DNA of 64,000 bases, taken from NCBI GenBank assembly GCA_964016885.1, contig CAXHJY010001145.1:33264-97263 (forward strand). The letters run 5' to 3'. The stretch is from Eledone cirrhosa (Eukaryota). A program made the position numbers and the translations under genes. Below the pieces are notes generated by a model, which had not been told where the DNA came from, ran no database searches, and saw only the letters and a program-made list of their open reading frames with translations. Below, piece by piece: positions 1-12,788 of the stretch; the stretch's first letter is position 1, and each line of letters opens with the position of its first letter.

Positions 1-156
1 TATAAATTAGTAAACCTATGACTTTTACGGTAAAAGTTAAATTCCGGGGGAAACATCTGCATTCCCTGTATTTGTGTGAAAATGAGGGAGTATGCATGGA
101 TTTTTCCCCATGATTAATTCATATTGATTTGTTACTTTTATAAATTAGATTCTTAA

Positions 157-325
157 CCCTTCAGCATTTAAACCGGCCAGAATTCTCTTTCTGTTCAAAC
201 TGGCCATAACTAGCCACTCATACTGCTGTTAAAGTATTATTCTCAAAATAAATTACATCAAAATCTCATAGATTCAATATGTGAAAATATAATAGTAAAT
301 ATAGAGTAATGCAAATGCTAAAGGA
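157..325 (-). mobile_element. piggyBac-type MITE, family A (inverted relative to the next copy)
   Basis: TTAA|CCCTTCAGCATTT...AAATGCTAAAGGA|TTAA termini; the interior is the reverse complement of the 361-566 copy. Confidence 0.7.
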
Positions 326-360
326 TTAAAGATTAAAGACCATTTTTGTTTTTGTATTAA

Positions 361-566
361 CCCTTTAGCATTTACATTACTCTATACTTACTATTATATT
401 TTCGCGGTAAAGGCTTTATCTCATAATATCAAAGCTACAAGATTTTGATATTATTTATTTTGAGAACAATACCTCAACATCAGTATGAGCGGCCGGTTAC
501 AACCGGTTTGAACAGAAAGAAGTCAGAGAATTCTAGCCGGATACAGCCAGTTTAAATGCTAAAGGG
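361..566 (+). mobile_element. piggyBac-type MITE, family A
   Basis: Terminal inverted repeats CCCTTTAGCATTTA / TAAATGCTAAAGGG flanked by TTAA on both sides; non-coding; further copies at 14815 and 16154. Confidence 0.85.
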
Positions 567-1054
567 TTAAAAATATTAAAAGATCGAGAAAAAAAACCAA
601 CAAATTTCTATAACATATTTTTTTCACAATTCGAGGAATTTTATAACTAGGAAGTTACCACAATTATGCATGCATAGTCCCGTAACTACTGAGAGTTATA
701 GGGGCGCCGTATCGACATACGGCGTTTCAAGGGCATTTTTTAAAACCTGATGGAGCCCATCTCCTCTCCAGGTCTGAACACGGCAGATTTCTTCATGAGA
801 AGGATAGAGAGTGAGATAAAAGAGGTGAGAAAGAGATATAGAGGAAGAATCGACCCCAGTACTTGACGGATACATTTTTATCGACCATAACTATCGTCAT
901 AAACATACAGATTGATCATATCTATATTAACTGTAGGGACTTTATCCTTTAACACTTTTGGATCATCGTCTTTCCAAATGAGGTTATCAATCTCTATGTG
1001 AAGGACGGGGGTGAATATGAGCTAGACAAAAATGGCTCCTCATATCATTTATTT

Positions 1055-1470
1055 CCTCCTAAGTTCAAAATCCCACTGAAGCCAACTTTGCTTTTCATCT
1101 TTCCGCCATTGATAACATAAAATACCTGTCAAAGTACTATGGTCGATTAAATTGACCCTCCACAAATTGCTGGCCTTGTACTTAAATTAGAAATTATCAT
1201 TTGCAGCATAGATTTATGGCCCTTTACGTTCTGAGTTCAAATCCTTCCGAGGTTAGCTCTGGGGGTCGATTTAATAAACTTTCCCCTTTCAAATTGCTGG
1301 CCTTGTGCCTAACGTAGAACCAATTATTTCTTATTGAACAAGAGTTCAACTGCTATCAGTATTGACTTTGCCTTTTATCTCTCAGGGATCTAGTAAATTT
1401 AATTACCAGAGTCAACCTAATCGACTAACTATTAATTTTATGATCCTCTGTTTATGTTAGAAATAATTAT
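1055..1470 (+). mobile_element. Cluster of old, degenerate tRNA-derived SINE fragments
   Basis: Repeated GTTCAAAT..C B-box-like motif followed by AACTTTGC(C/T)TTT(C/T)ATC and AATTGCTGGCCTTGT, as in the young SINE at 5669. Confidence 0.6.
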
Positions 1471-1559
1471 TAATTAGTGCCGAAATAATTAGATGAAAGT
1501 AATAAAATACTGCAAAACTAATTTGTCGGCGAATTACATTTTTCAGTTGATAGTACATA

Positions 1560-1690
1560 GGATCTTCTAGCGAGCTGGGCTGCTGACAACGAAGTATTAG
1601 GTAATGGCCAAGAGGGCGCTTGGCTGTTGCAGCGCCCCAACATCGCTATCATCTGCGGTAATGCAGTGAGTGTTTTGGGTTGCCTCAATA
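1560..1690 (+). mobile_element. 3' fragment of a CRE-like non-LTR retrotransposon (restriction-like endonuclease end)
   Basis: Translates as EGAWLLQRPNIAIICGNAVSVLGCL, resembling the C-terminal QRLSIAxxRGNAxxxLG motif of CRE-type elements. Confidence 0.45.
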
Positions 1691-1874
1691 TTTTTCTAAA
1701 AAAAAAATAACCTTGTTATCTGTCTCATCATCATTTGTTACCTAGCTGTCTAATTTTGTCTGGCAACAAACTTGTCACTTTTTAAGGGAACATCCCATGG
1801 TAAATAAAGAGACTCCTCGCACAACACAGAAAGGTCGATCACAGCGTCGCTACTACAGTGGACTGATGTTTCCT

Positions 1875-1946
1875 GATGAACGGGACCTAGTATGTTATGA
1901 TCGAAGAATACGATGATGATCGGGACCTAGTATGTTATGATCGAAG
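1875..1946. repeat. Short direct duplication (~31 bp x2)
   Basis: GATGA(A/T)CGGGACCTAGTATGTTATGATCGAAG occurs twice about 40 bp apart. Confidence 0.85.
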
Positions 1947-2088
1947 GAATAGCATTAAGTCCCACAATGCATTATGTTGGCCCTACTCCTATTAATTATT
2001 TACGGTGAATTGGCCTTGTGCCAAAAGCAGAAACAATTATTTACGGTGAATTAGCAGAATCAGCAAATCAGAAACAATTATTTACATT

Positions 2089-2275
2089 AATTGTTTCTAC
2101 TTTTGGCACAAGGCCAGCAATTACCCAGTGCATTACTGGTACTTTATTTTATCGGCCCCGTAAGGATGAAAGGCAAAGTCAACCTCGGCGGGATTTGAAC
2201 TCAGATCGTAAAGGGACGTAACTATGCTGGAAAGCATGGCGTCCGACCCTCTACCGATACTGCCAATCCACCGCC
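2089..2275 (-). mobile_element. Young tRNA-derived SINE
   Basis: Reverse complement has A box TGGCAGTATCGG and B box GTTCAAATCC, and ends GTAGAAACAATT; near-identical to copies at 5669, 5874, 17519, 27284 and 43015. Confidence 0.9.
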
Positions 2276-3680
2276 AAATAAGAATCTTTGCAACTGACTC
2301 AGAAGGTCATCAGCAGAATGGGAGACTGGACATATTTCTCGATGTTATCCAATGGAGAGAAAAAAAAACAACAAAAAAAAAACAACATCAACAATATGTT
2401 GCTAAACGAGAATAAATGTGAGCTAATCTACTTTGGAAAAGAGTATACATTTAAGCTACCCTGTTCTCTTCCCCCAAGAGCATAAAATTAGAGACTTCGA
2501 AGTAACTGTCGATAACTTAAGCTGGAGTGCCCACATATACAACAATGTTGACATTACCCGCATGATGTTCTTGGATCCTTAGAATTTTTCGGTCTCGGGA
2601 TATTCATTACATTAACTGTCTCTTTTCTGTAGCCCACTCTGGTCCCCACACGAATCAAAGTATTATGAAAACTGAAGCACCTCAGAGATCAATTACAAAA
2701 AAGAAAAAAAGATAGACGGCTAGAATATTTTTAATAATAGGCCTACGGGGTGAGGTTGGACCTGGGGTAGAGGGGTGAACATCGTCGAGTATTCCAAATA
2801 TTGATAATAGCTTTAATTTAAATTAATCATATTTTAAAAGATAATGATTAGAAATTCATTCGTATTGATAGATTCCTTATCAACCGTTATTTTGTATATT
2901 GTTTATAGTGAAAGTGGTTGTTGGAAACATACGCCCATTTCTCACACATTTTCGCTTTCACATAAATACACTCACACACTCGCTCCCTTTCTTCTCCGTC
3001 TACTTCTCATTAGCTCTTTTTTCCCCGCACTCTTTCATGCCCCCCCCCCCCATATATATATATATATATATGTATTATGTATTAGTTCGAATATGTGTAG
3101 GTTAATCACCGGTACTTCAGTATATATATATATATGTGTGTGAGGAAAGAGAGATCCCCCTCTTTCCCTCCATACACACACGCCTATAAAATATTACTCC
3201 ACATTCCCCCAACCGTATTTCTCACGTCAAGCCTGGACATGTCTCTGTCAGACCCCACTGTCCTGCTGTCGGAATGTCACATTTTCATGAAGACATTACC
3301 TGAGCTCCTCAACAACAAATTACTTCCGTTGAAGAAGAAATTCAACACCAGATAAGGGAGGTGGGTGGCCAACAGAACTCTAGCTTCTTCTCATCGTTAT
3401 AGCTATTATTCAGTCGTTAAGTTGAGATAACGACCAGAACTGCATCACATCTCATCTGGTCGTCTCATATATTTATTTATATTTACCTTATCGAAACTGT
3501 GTGAATCTTTTGTCTTCTGTGTCAGACTTAACTACAGTCGGCCATTTTCATACATATTTTATCCCCAAACAGACGTGGTGTTTATTCAACTGATTCTTAG
3601 TCGTTTAATAATGCAGTTTTGGTGCTTGACATTTAACATCAGTCATTTTATCAAAAAGAGCGTCCAAATATGCTTAAGGA

Positions 3681-3741
3681 GTTCGCTTCGTAGCTATGTA
3701 CTTTCGGGTTCGCTTCGTAGCTATGTACTTTCGGGTTCGCT
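3681..3741. repeat. 27-bp tandem duplication
   Basis: GTTCGCTTCGTAGCTATGTACTTTCGG x2 plus GTTCGCT. Confidence 0.9.
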
Positions 3742-4274
3742 CCCTCTGCCTCGTACCTTGGGTGTTTTCTACCAATAACCTCGAGATGATTAAAGCATCG
3801 TAAGTGAAATTTGGTTGCCATTATTTTTTTTTTTTACCTCCAGGTCAGCCCTGCTCTAACAGACGTACGTTCCAGTCGTTACCAACGTGTCTTTTCTTCA
3901 GTTATAATGCATCTATGCAATGTTTCTTTACCTTTTAAAGACTGTAGCGCATGATGTGAGGGAAATTTGTGTTTTTTCTTGCAGGTCGAACGATTACATA
4001 GTTTGATCCCCCACCTCCATATTGAACCGTGTCAGATGAACCAGTCCTGTTCTTGAGTAATAGACTCAACCCATTGCTTGGTTTGATACCACAACCTGAC
4101 CCTTGCATATTTTTAGTGGACTCCACTCTGTCACAAACATTCAGACCAGCTCTCTAGTTAAAAGATAAGTTACTGCTTTCTTCCCGCCAATCTCTGAGAC
4201 CCTGAAAAGTGCTTGGAGTACTGCTCTATCTTCTCCAACGATCATTAGAAAATAGAATAAAATCAAATCTCATT

Positions 4275-4865
4275 ACATTCTGAATTCAAACCCTGCTGGA
4301 ATCGGCTTTGTTCCTCGTTGACCTCAATAAGCATCAGTCATATTCTAGGATTGATATAATTGACTGTTTACTCCTACAGATAAATTGATTATGTACTAAT
4401 TACTATTATAACCAAAACGGTGACTTGCTGAGTCGGTAGAGCCTCAGACAAAATACTTTGTGGTATTTAGTCATGTCTTGCAAGCATTGAGTTTACCTTT
4501 TATCCTTCCTGAACCTATAAAATAAAGTACCAGTTAAGTATTGAAGTTGATTTCATCAACTGCACCTCTTATTTGTAACACAAAGAATTATTATATACAT
4601 CTGGAAGGTGTTCATAATAATATAGAAATATTCAAAGTTAATTGATGTGTAATAATGCTATAAAGAATATTTACGGGCAGAGGTAGATTAGCAGTCAGAT
4701 TAGATTGTCCGACAAAATGCTTTGTGGTATTTAGTTACGACTTACTACGTTCTGAATGCAAATCTTGCCACTGTCAACTTTCCCTTTCATCATTCTGGGG
4801 TTGATAAAATAAAGTACCATCCCTTCCGCCAAATTTGCTGGATTCGTGCCTAAATTGGAATTCAA
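4275..4865 (+). mobile_element. Three degenerate tRNA-SINE copies
   Basis: Diverged A/B boxes and GATAAAATAAAGTACC cores of the SINE family seen at 5669. Confidence 0.6.
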
Positions 4866-5074
4866 TATTTACAGTTTCTAGTAGCACTATTTCCTAGAAC
4901 ATACCTTTGTCTATCCTTATAATTAATCTAACAATTCTAGTTGTTCCAGTTAGAAATAGGATGATGGCCATGTTCCTTAACTGCTATCATGTCTTTAATT
5001 CACTTGTTACCAATATTTACAGATCCTAGTATTCTTTTCTGGAACGTGTTTATGCCCTTCCTGACAGGTAATCT

Positions 5075-5480
5075 GATGATCCCGCATGGTAGTCTCACAT
5101 CTACAATTTAACACCCCAAAGCCTGGCATTCCTCTTTAGGGCCAGAAAATACTTCAACTTCCAACAGTTGTTAATCTTCTATAAATCTCAGGTGAGACTC
5201 ACAATGGAGTACTGCTCCCACATCTACGATGGTGCTTAGAGCACACACACACACACACACACACACACTGCTTAACTCATCAATACACTCCAACCTGTGG
5301 CCCTTAGACATACTATCTCTTCTGTTTTTTTTTTTACTTATTATGGCCTCTGCTCATCTAAATTGACTTGTCTTATGTCACTTCCACCTAGGCTCGCCCT
5401 ACACACTTATATTTCCTCTTTGTCACCCATACTCTGTCTACATCTCTCCGCCCCCATCCTCTATACTAATCAGGATTCTT
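5075..5480 (+). mobile_element. Decayed CR1/Jockey-group LINE 3' fragment interrupted by (CA)n
   Basis: Translates as LAFLFRARKYFNFQQLLIFYKSQVRLTMEYCSHIYDGA, matching the post-RT LYKxxxRPxLEYCSxxW region. Confidence 0.6.
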
Positions 5481-5668
5481 GAAGTTTACAAGGTTTACTG
5501 TGGTAACAAACAGTGCCCCTTACATGTTCAGGCAGCCTTTCAGTTAAATTGCATGGTGTGTAAGGCCTATCAAAAATGTTATTGATTTGCGTTAACCTTG
5601 TATTCTATAAGTGTTAAACTAATATACCATAATTGTATTGTATTGTTCTCTGGTACTGTTTTTGATTT

Positions 5669-5861
5669 GGTGAATTGGCAGTATCGGTAGAGGGTCGGAC
5701 GCCATGCTTTGCAGCATAGTTACGTCCCTTTACGGTCTGAGTTCAAATCCCGCCGAGGTTAACTTTGCCTTTCATCCTTACTGGGTCGATAAAATAAAGT
5801 ACCAGTAATGAACTGGGTAATTGCTGGCTTTGTGCCAAAAGTAGAAACAATTATTATTATT
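5669..5861 (+). mobile_element. Young tRNA-derived SINE with (TTA)n tail
   Basis: A box TGGCAGTATCGG, B box GTTCAAATCC, tail TTATTATTAT. Confidence 0.9.
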
Positions 5862-5873
5862 AACACCATTATT

Positions 5874-6059
5874 GGTGGTGGATTGGCAGTATTGGTAGAG
5901 GGTCGGACGCCATGCTTTGACGCATAGAGTTACGTCCCTTTACGGTCTGAGTTCAAATCCCGCCGAGGTTAACTTTGCCTTTCATCCTTACGGGGTCGAT
6001 AAAATAAAGTACCACTAATGCACTGGGTAATTGCTGGCCTTGTGCCGAAAGTAGAAACA

Positions 6060-6098
<39 letters not shown>
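5874..6098 (+). mobile_element. Young tRNA-derived SINE (tandem with previous), long (TTA)n tail
   Basis: Same A/B boxes; (TTA)~13 tail at 6061-6098. Confidence 0.9.
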
Positions 6099-9000
6099 GT
6101 GCTGAATCTCTCGAGACGTGTGTAACTACGACGGAGTAAGTCAGTTAAAATTTATTGGTTTATTGAAACTGTTATATAGTAATTTTTACATTTTTGTCTA
6201 GCTAAAGAACCCCTCTTTCAAAGGAGGTGGTTTTTTAACTGTATCTCGCGTCTTTAAGGGCTGAATTTGTATTTATTTATTTACAATCATACCCCACAAT
6301 TTTTTGTTTTAAAAAAAACATGGCGGACGGAAAAATTGTCCACAGGGAGGAACAGCGGGTTGGTTGTCCGGAGGGAGGGTAGGGTGGGGGGCAGAGGGGC
6401 AGCCGATTCTGTCCAATCACAAGGCAGAAACAAGAACAACAGCAGCAGTCACAGTGGCAGCGGCGGTGACAACAGCAGCAGCAGCAGCAGTAGCCACTTG
6501 AACAGTAGCAGCAGCAGCGTAGCGTCAAACTACCACAAACATTCCCCGACATTAGAAAGATCAACAGGCACCACCTCCACTTCCACCTTAATAACAACAG
6601 CAGCAACAGCCATAAAGAACCCAGGGAGCAACAACTGTAACAGCAGCAACACATGAAAAAAAACAAACTAACAAGACCACCATCACCAACAACAACAACA
6701 ACAACAGCAGCAACAAAGGCAAGACTAGCGATGAGTCAGCACAACAGGCGGAAACGACATCGTTTGCGAAAGCAGCAAAAAATGTAGAACAAGTACACAT
6801 TAGCAACATGGAGATAAAGCAAGCCAAGATCTTGGTTAAAAAGACCGGACACAGGGTAAGTCTCACTCACCCAGCTAATATATTGAAAAACAAGCGTTTG
6901 TGTTCGGTCAGTTATCGCACAATTGGATTAAAAGCAAACGGCAATGGAGTCGCAGGTCCAAAGGGCTATGGGTGCCGTCTGGGCACAAAAAACATACATA
7001 GCCAGAGGATCGAGGTATGGCACTGTGGACGTGCTCTTCGCTACACCGGAAGAAGCCAGAGCACACTCCATTGTGCCACTCCGCAGTGACGAAATAATAA
7101 TGATGCCTACATACTGCGGCCAGAGAGTTTTGAGGGTTCCAGTAACCCAGGTTCCGTCCTCAGTGGAGATCGCGTACACGATGGTAGCCATCCTCACTGA
7201 CGTCGAGGATTCAACAACTATTCTCGACGTCATGCAGATAAGACAGGAGAATTGGACAGGGTTGGGGATGGAGCTAACTTCCATCCTCGATGTGATAGAC
7301 CTGGATGACGGTAGCCATCTACCCGTGACTGTCGAAGGTAGGTGCCCAAGGTGTCATGGGTGCGGTGATGGGACGCACCTTAAGGCCTTCTGCCCCAAAC
7401 TCAACAAAACGAGCACGCGCTCCTCCCTTCTCCCTACGCCATGTCCCACGACTGGAGTGGACAAACCAACCATGACCACAGTGGCAGAAGAAAAATTACC
7501 AGCACCAACAACAAAATCACCATCTCCTCCACCACCAACAGAACCAATGGAGAGCTTGCCCCTTCCCGATATTGCTAAATCGGACAAGGAGTGCGATGAG
7601 GCTGAAGGATGGAAAAACCATCCCGGCCCCCAAAAATTCAACACCACACCAACATCACAGAAACAAACTACGTATATACCACCAAAATTGCACCCCCAGT
7701 CTATGCCCCAACAGGAGCAGGACGGCCTGACTTCTTCCAGCGTCTTTCTTGGAACGTCCCGCTCTTTAGTGTTAGTGGGTGACTGGAACGGGATCTTAGA
7801 TGCACGCTGGGACTGTGTGGGATTAGCAGATAGGGGAGGCGGGTGTAAAAGCCTCGCAAACCTGCTCAGACGTTTTCAACTGTCTGACAGGTACCATTTG
7901 GATTTCCCAAATGTGCCAATGTGGACTTGGACAAACTGTATCGGGTCATCCAGATCATATCTAGATAGGGTATTTTGTAGGAAATAGATAGGTCTAGCAT
8001 AGGCTGTCCACAATTCAAGATAGTTGACTACACAGACCACAAATTCATGATCTGTGTGGTTGACTTAGCTAGGCTTCATAGGCAGGGATTCGGCTACTGG
8101 AAGCTAAACGTGTTGTTAACAGCGCGCAAAGCTTACAGAGACCAGATTTGCGAATTAGTTAAGTGGCCATTGACGGGGGCCATTGTCAACAACAAATGGT
8201 GGTTTGCCCTGAAAAGAGCGTTTAGAATAGAGTCCATTAGGTTTAGTAAGGCGTTAGCAATAGAGAAAAATAGAGCAGAGGGAGAACTAGTTAGAAAATT
8301 AGATGAGGCGCTTAGTAAAGGCATCATGACCGACGTGCTTGCAGCGAAATTGGCCCTCAACCAATTTTTCAATTTAAAGCACGAAGGCTGCGTTGTCAGA
8401 GCTAGGGCGCATGCTCTCAGACGTGAGGGGACGAAAGCCGTTTGATGGGACTGAGTGGCAGAGGAGCATTATGGCAGCAAACCATGATCTGGTCTTTTTG
8501 CGGACCACGATGGCCGCATGTTACTTGATCACGGGCAAATGTGTGCGGCTTTTCAGCGACACTTCAGGGGGCAGCAGCGGGCCGGATTGCAGGATGGACT
8601 TTAGTGCCTACCTTGACAGACTGCCACGGCTCTCAGCCACTGAGGCGGAGTGTTGCGAAAAGCTGATAACAGCCGCCGAAGTACGGGAGGCAATGACTGG
8701 CTGCACAATGGGTAAATCGCCTGGTTTGGATGGTCTGCCCTACGAACTTTACGTACGCATGCCAGACTTGTTCGGCGACCTCTTGGTGGACGTCTACTGC
8801 AACTGGCAGCAGAACGGGACAATTCCCAGCTCTGTGAGCCAAGGAGCGGTGGCGCTGCTGAGAAAGGATCCGAACAAGGGGGATAACATAGATAATTTCA
8901 GACCCATAACTCTGCTAAACACGGAGTTCAAGATTTTGGCCAAGGTGCTAGCAAAGAGGTTGGCGCTTATGATCGATGGTCTGGTGGGAGAGGTGTAAAC

Positions 9001-10953
9001 ATGCGCCGTTCTAGACAGATCCATCCACGACAACCTGCACCTCATGCAATACATCGTGGAGAGGGTAGCTAGGGAACCAACCTGACATGGGTGGGTCCTT
9101 GATCAATTTAGATCAGTCTAAAGCTTTCGATTGAGTCAACCATCGTTATCTGGCAGCAGTCCTGAGGGTGGCTGGCTTTAGGCCCGTCTTCAGAGTCTGG
9201 ATGGCTGCCATGCACAGCGACATCTGCTCTGTGGTGAGAGTGAACGCTCACCTTTCGGAACTGTTCAACATCATGGGCTCGGTCCGCCAAGGACGTCCCC
9301 TCTCAACCATGTTGTATGTATTGACTCTTGAGCCATTACTGCACAAACCGGAGATGTTGAGGGGTGGGTGGGGTGGGTGGAGGGGGTCCCGTGCGAACTG
9401 GGATGCAGAAGAACCGTGTCAGCATATGCCGACGATGTCACCGTAGTGGTGTCGAGCGCCAAACACATCGAGGCGATCGGCACTACACTAAGAGAATAGG
9501 AGGCGGTGACAGGAGCAATGATCAACCAGGAAAAGTCACTGGGCCTGCAGCTCGACATCTGGAGAGGCAGCTTCTTGCCGTCCAACAGCGTCGTCGGGCG
9601 CTGAACGGACGGACCGGTTAAATTGCTAGGGGTCTGGTTCAGTCCAGACCTCTAGACGGACAAAAACTGGGAGGAGGTAACGATCAGGGTGGCTTCTCTC
9701 ACCCAGAAATGGGCAGAGAGGAAGCTATCCCTGAAAGGTCAAGTGGAGGTGGTGAATGCGTACATCGCGTCCATCATCTACTACTGCCTGACCGTCGGGC
9801 CTTGTCCTAAGCCTCGCCTGACTGCACTGAAGCATTTGCTCTTTCGCTTTTTGTGGAAGGAACGTGCTCCAATGGTCAGGCGGTCCATCTGCTGTCAACA
9901 CCCGCTACGTGGAGGGCTGGGCATGACGTGCTGATGATGTGCAGACACGCGCTCAGGCTACGACATCTCCACCTCTTCCTCGACGGTGATCATGAGTGGT
10001 TGCCGTTTGTTAGACGCGTGTTTCCCCAGCTCATCTCCTTGACAGAGTTGCAGTCCTGGGTCAAGTGGAGACTGAGAGGGAGTGCTTGGAGACTAGAATG
10101 TCTTCAGGCGCTTACAGCCCTTGACCAGTCGGGCAATGCGATCGGTGGAAACTCCACCTTGTCGTTCTATAGAGGATTAGTGGAGGGGAAGAGCGACGAC
10201 GTACTTGGGGAAACTCTAGGCGTCGATGAAAATCAACTAGCCAATCTCTTCGGGAGAACTTTAGGGCCGGGGCCTATGGACAACTTCCAGAAATCCCTGG
10301 CCTGGCAGTGATACCGAAGAGCTTTGCCAGTTTTGGATAAACTCTACAGGCATGGAAGTGCCATCAGCCAGGCATGTCCGAGATGTGTGCAGGGCTATGA
10401 AACCGTCCTGCATGCACTTGTCCAATGTCCGAGCATTGCTGACTTGTGGGATCCGGCTATCAGAAGGGCAGGAAGTTTGTATGTGTCTGGTGGCCATAGC
10501 GAAACAGATAGTGTGGTGGATGCATTTGAAAGGGCTGAAGACGAGCACTTACATCTTCGGTGATGCCCTGATTATCTTTTCAAATATCATTTGAAAAGGA
10601 AAATCAGAGTAGAGAGCGAAGTGCTCTCTTCCCAGCATTTTGTTGAAAGATGGGTGAGAGAGGCAAGAATGGCCCGAGTGAATGGGCCTACTCTGAGTAT
10701 GCGCCTGTAAATTGAAGGTGGAAAACTGGGAGAGGGCACTTGCCCTGGTGGTCAGGGTCACCATGGCTTTTTTAATGGGCTTTCTCCATGAATGTCCCTC
10801 GGAAGTCTCCCCCCTATTGGGGAATTTTTCATTGTTTCTTTTTTTGTTACATCCTGTTTTTGTTTTTTTACACACAAAAATGCTCATTTGTACCATCCTG
10901 TATTGTCCTTAATGTTTTACTTTGTGTCAACCCTTGTGGTTAGTAAAGAAAGC
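6099..10953 (+). mobile_element. Near full-length, degenerate Tx1/L1-clade non-LTR retrotransposon (copy 1)
   Basis: ORF1 remnant with CCHC knuckle CHGCGDGTHLKAFC; APE endonuclease motifs VYAP (7699), LVGDWN, SYLDRV, TDH; RT motifs KSPGLDGLP, NFRPITLLNTEFKILAK, RQGxPLS, YADD (9425); C-terminal CPRC..ETVLHALVQC; many stops and frameshifts. Confidence 0.92.
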
Positions 10954-10967
10954 ATTATTATTATTAT

Positions 10968-12537
10968 CATGCGCTTGGTCTGTCAGGGTTGTCCCCTCTC
11001 GTCACTCTCGGACGTATTGGCCCTAGAGCCGTTACTGCACAAATTGGAGGCAATGAGAGACGTCCCGCGCGAACTGGGATGTGGGAGACCCGTATCAGCT
11101 TACGCCGACGACGTCACCATGGTGGTGTCAAGCGCCAGACATGTCCAGATGCTCGGCACCGCTCTCAAGGAATATGAAGCAGTGACAGGAGCAAAGTTAA
11201 ACCTGGAGAGGCAAGTCCATGCTACCCGACTGCGTCACCTGGAGAGGCTAGTCCATGCCACCCGACAGCATCGTGGGGCGCTGGACGGAAGAATCGGTTA
11301 AATTGCTGCGGGTCTGGTTCGGTCCGGACCTGCAGATGGAGAAAAACTGGAGTGAGGTGATGAACAGGGTGGCCTCTTTCACCCAGAAATGGGCTGAGAG
11401 GAAGATATCTCTGAAAGGTCGGGCAGAGGTGGCGAATGTATTCCGGCCCAACTCTGACAAAAATGGAGTGCCTCCTCTTCCGGAAAGGACGTGCTCCCAT
11501 GGTCAGATGATCGATCTGCTGTCAATACCTGTTGCGTGGAGGGCTGGGCATGCCATGGCTGATGATACGCAAACACACGCTGAGTCTGCGATATCTCTGG
11601 TGCTTCCTTGACGGTGAACAGGTGTGGTCACCGTTTGCCAGACGTGTTTTTCCCCAGCTTGTCTCATTAACGGAGTTGCAGTCCTGGATCAGGAAAAGAC
11701 CGAGGGATAGCGTTTGGAAGCTGGAATGTCTCCAAGCGCTCACAGCCTTCTACCAACTGGGCACTAGTATTGGTGGAACATCCACTTCGGCGTTCTATAG
11801 AGGACTAGTGGACAACTTCTAAAAATCCCTGGCCTGGCAGTGCTACCGGGGAGCGCTGCCGGTTCGAGATAAGCTCTACAGGCATGGAAGTGCCGTCAGC
11901 CGAACCTGTCTGAGATGTACACAGAGCGACGAAACTGTTGTGCATGCATTGGTTCAGTGTCCGAGCATTGCTGACTTGTGGAACTATGTCGAACATTTGC
12001 TGTCATGTGTAGGATGGATCCGGTTATCGACTGAGTCCTTTAAGGAGGAGGAAGGGCAGGCAGTTTTCATCTGCCTGGTGGCCATGGCGAAAGAGATTGT
12101 ATGGTGGACAAGGTTGAAAGGGTTGAAGGCAGACACTTTCCTCTTCGGCGAATCCTTGATTAACTTTTTCAAATTTCACTTGAAGAGGAAAATCAGGGTG
12201 GAGGGACAAGTGCTGTCTTCAAATAAGTTTGTTGAAAGGTGGGTGAAAGTGGTGAGTCTGGTCCGAGTGAACAGGCCTGCTCTGAGTATGCGTCTGTAGA
12301 TTGAGGAGTGGAAAACTGAGAGAGGGCGCTTGCCCTGGTGGTCAGGGTGGCCGTGGTCTTTTGTGTGGTTTTCGCCACGAGTGACCCTCGGAAGTTTCCC
12401 CCCTATTGGGGAATTTTTTGTCGTTTGAATTTTTTTGATATTTCTATCTTGTTATAACCTTTTTACACGTCCTGTACCGTTCTGTGCCATCTATAATGTT
12501 TTTCTTCATGTTAGCCCTTGTGTCGAATAAAGAAACC
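10968..12537 (+). mobile_element. 5'-truncated, internally deleted Tx1/L1-clade copy 2
   Basis: QGCPLS, YADD, GGLGMPWL and HALVQC motifs; 3' UTR similar to copy 1; flanked by ATTATTATTATTATCAT at 10954-10970 and 12544-12560 (candidate TSD). Confidence 0.9.
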
Positions 12538-12788
12538 ATTATTATTATTATTATTATCATATATATATATATATATATTATACGTCCATTTTCCACACTT
12601 GTTTGGGTTAGATGGCTCATCAAGTTATGAGACAAGATGGGTCAGGAGATAGTCTTGCTCATACAGACTTGTATTTTGACTTAGTTTCTATAGTTGGATG
12701 CCCTTCTTAACACCAATCAGATTTCAGTATGGATTGGGTGCTTTTTATTGTGGCATATATATATATATAATTATTATTATTATTATTA

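Noticed and set aside
1872-1950. CTGATGA...GAAG as a hammerhead
   Set aside because: No convincing stem II or GAAA; explained by a short duplication
2089-2275. SINE heads as tRNA genes
   Set aside because: Only A/B boxes are retained; no cloverleaf; dispersed copies carry a shared body and tail
2550-4210. Possible exons (minus-strand donors GTAATG at ~2558 and ~3300; plus-strand acceptor at ~3984)
   Set aside because: Splice-like signals exist but no coherent, recognisable reading frame could be assembled
6267-6866. Ser-, Cys- and Leu-rich ORFs as host genes
   Set aside because: Alternative readings of (CAG/CAA)-rich low-complexity ORF1 sequence of the Tx1 element
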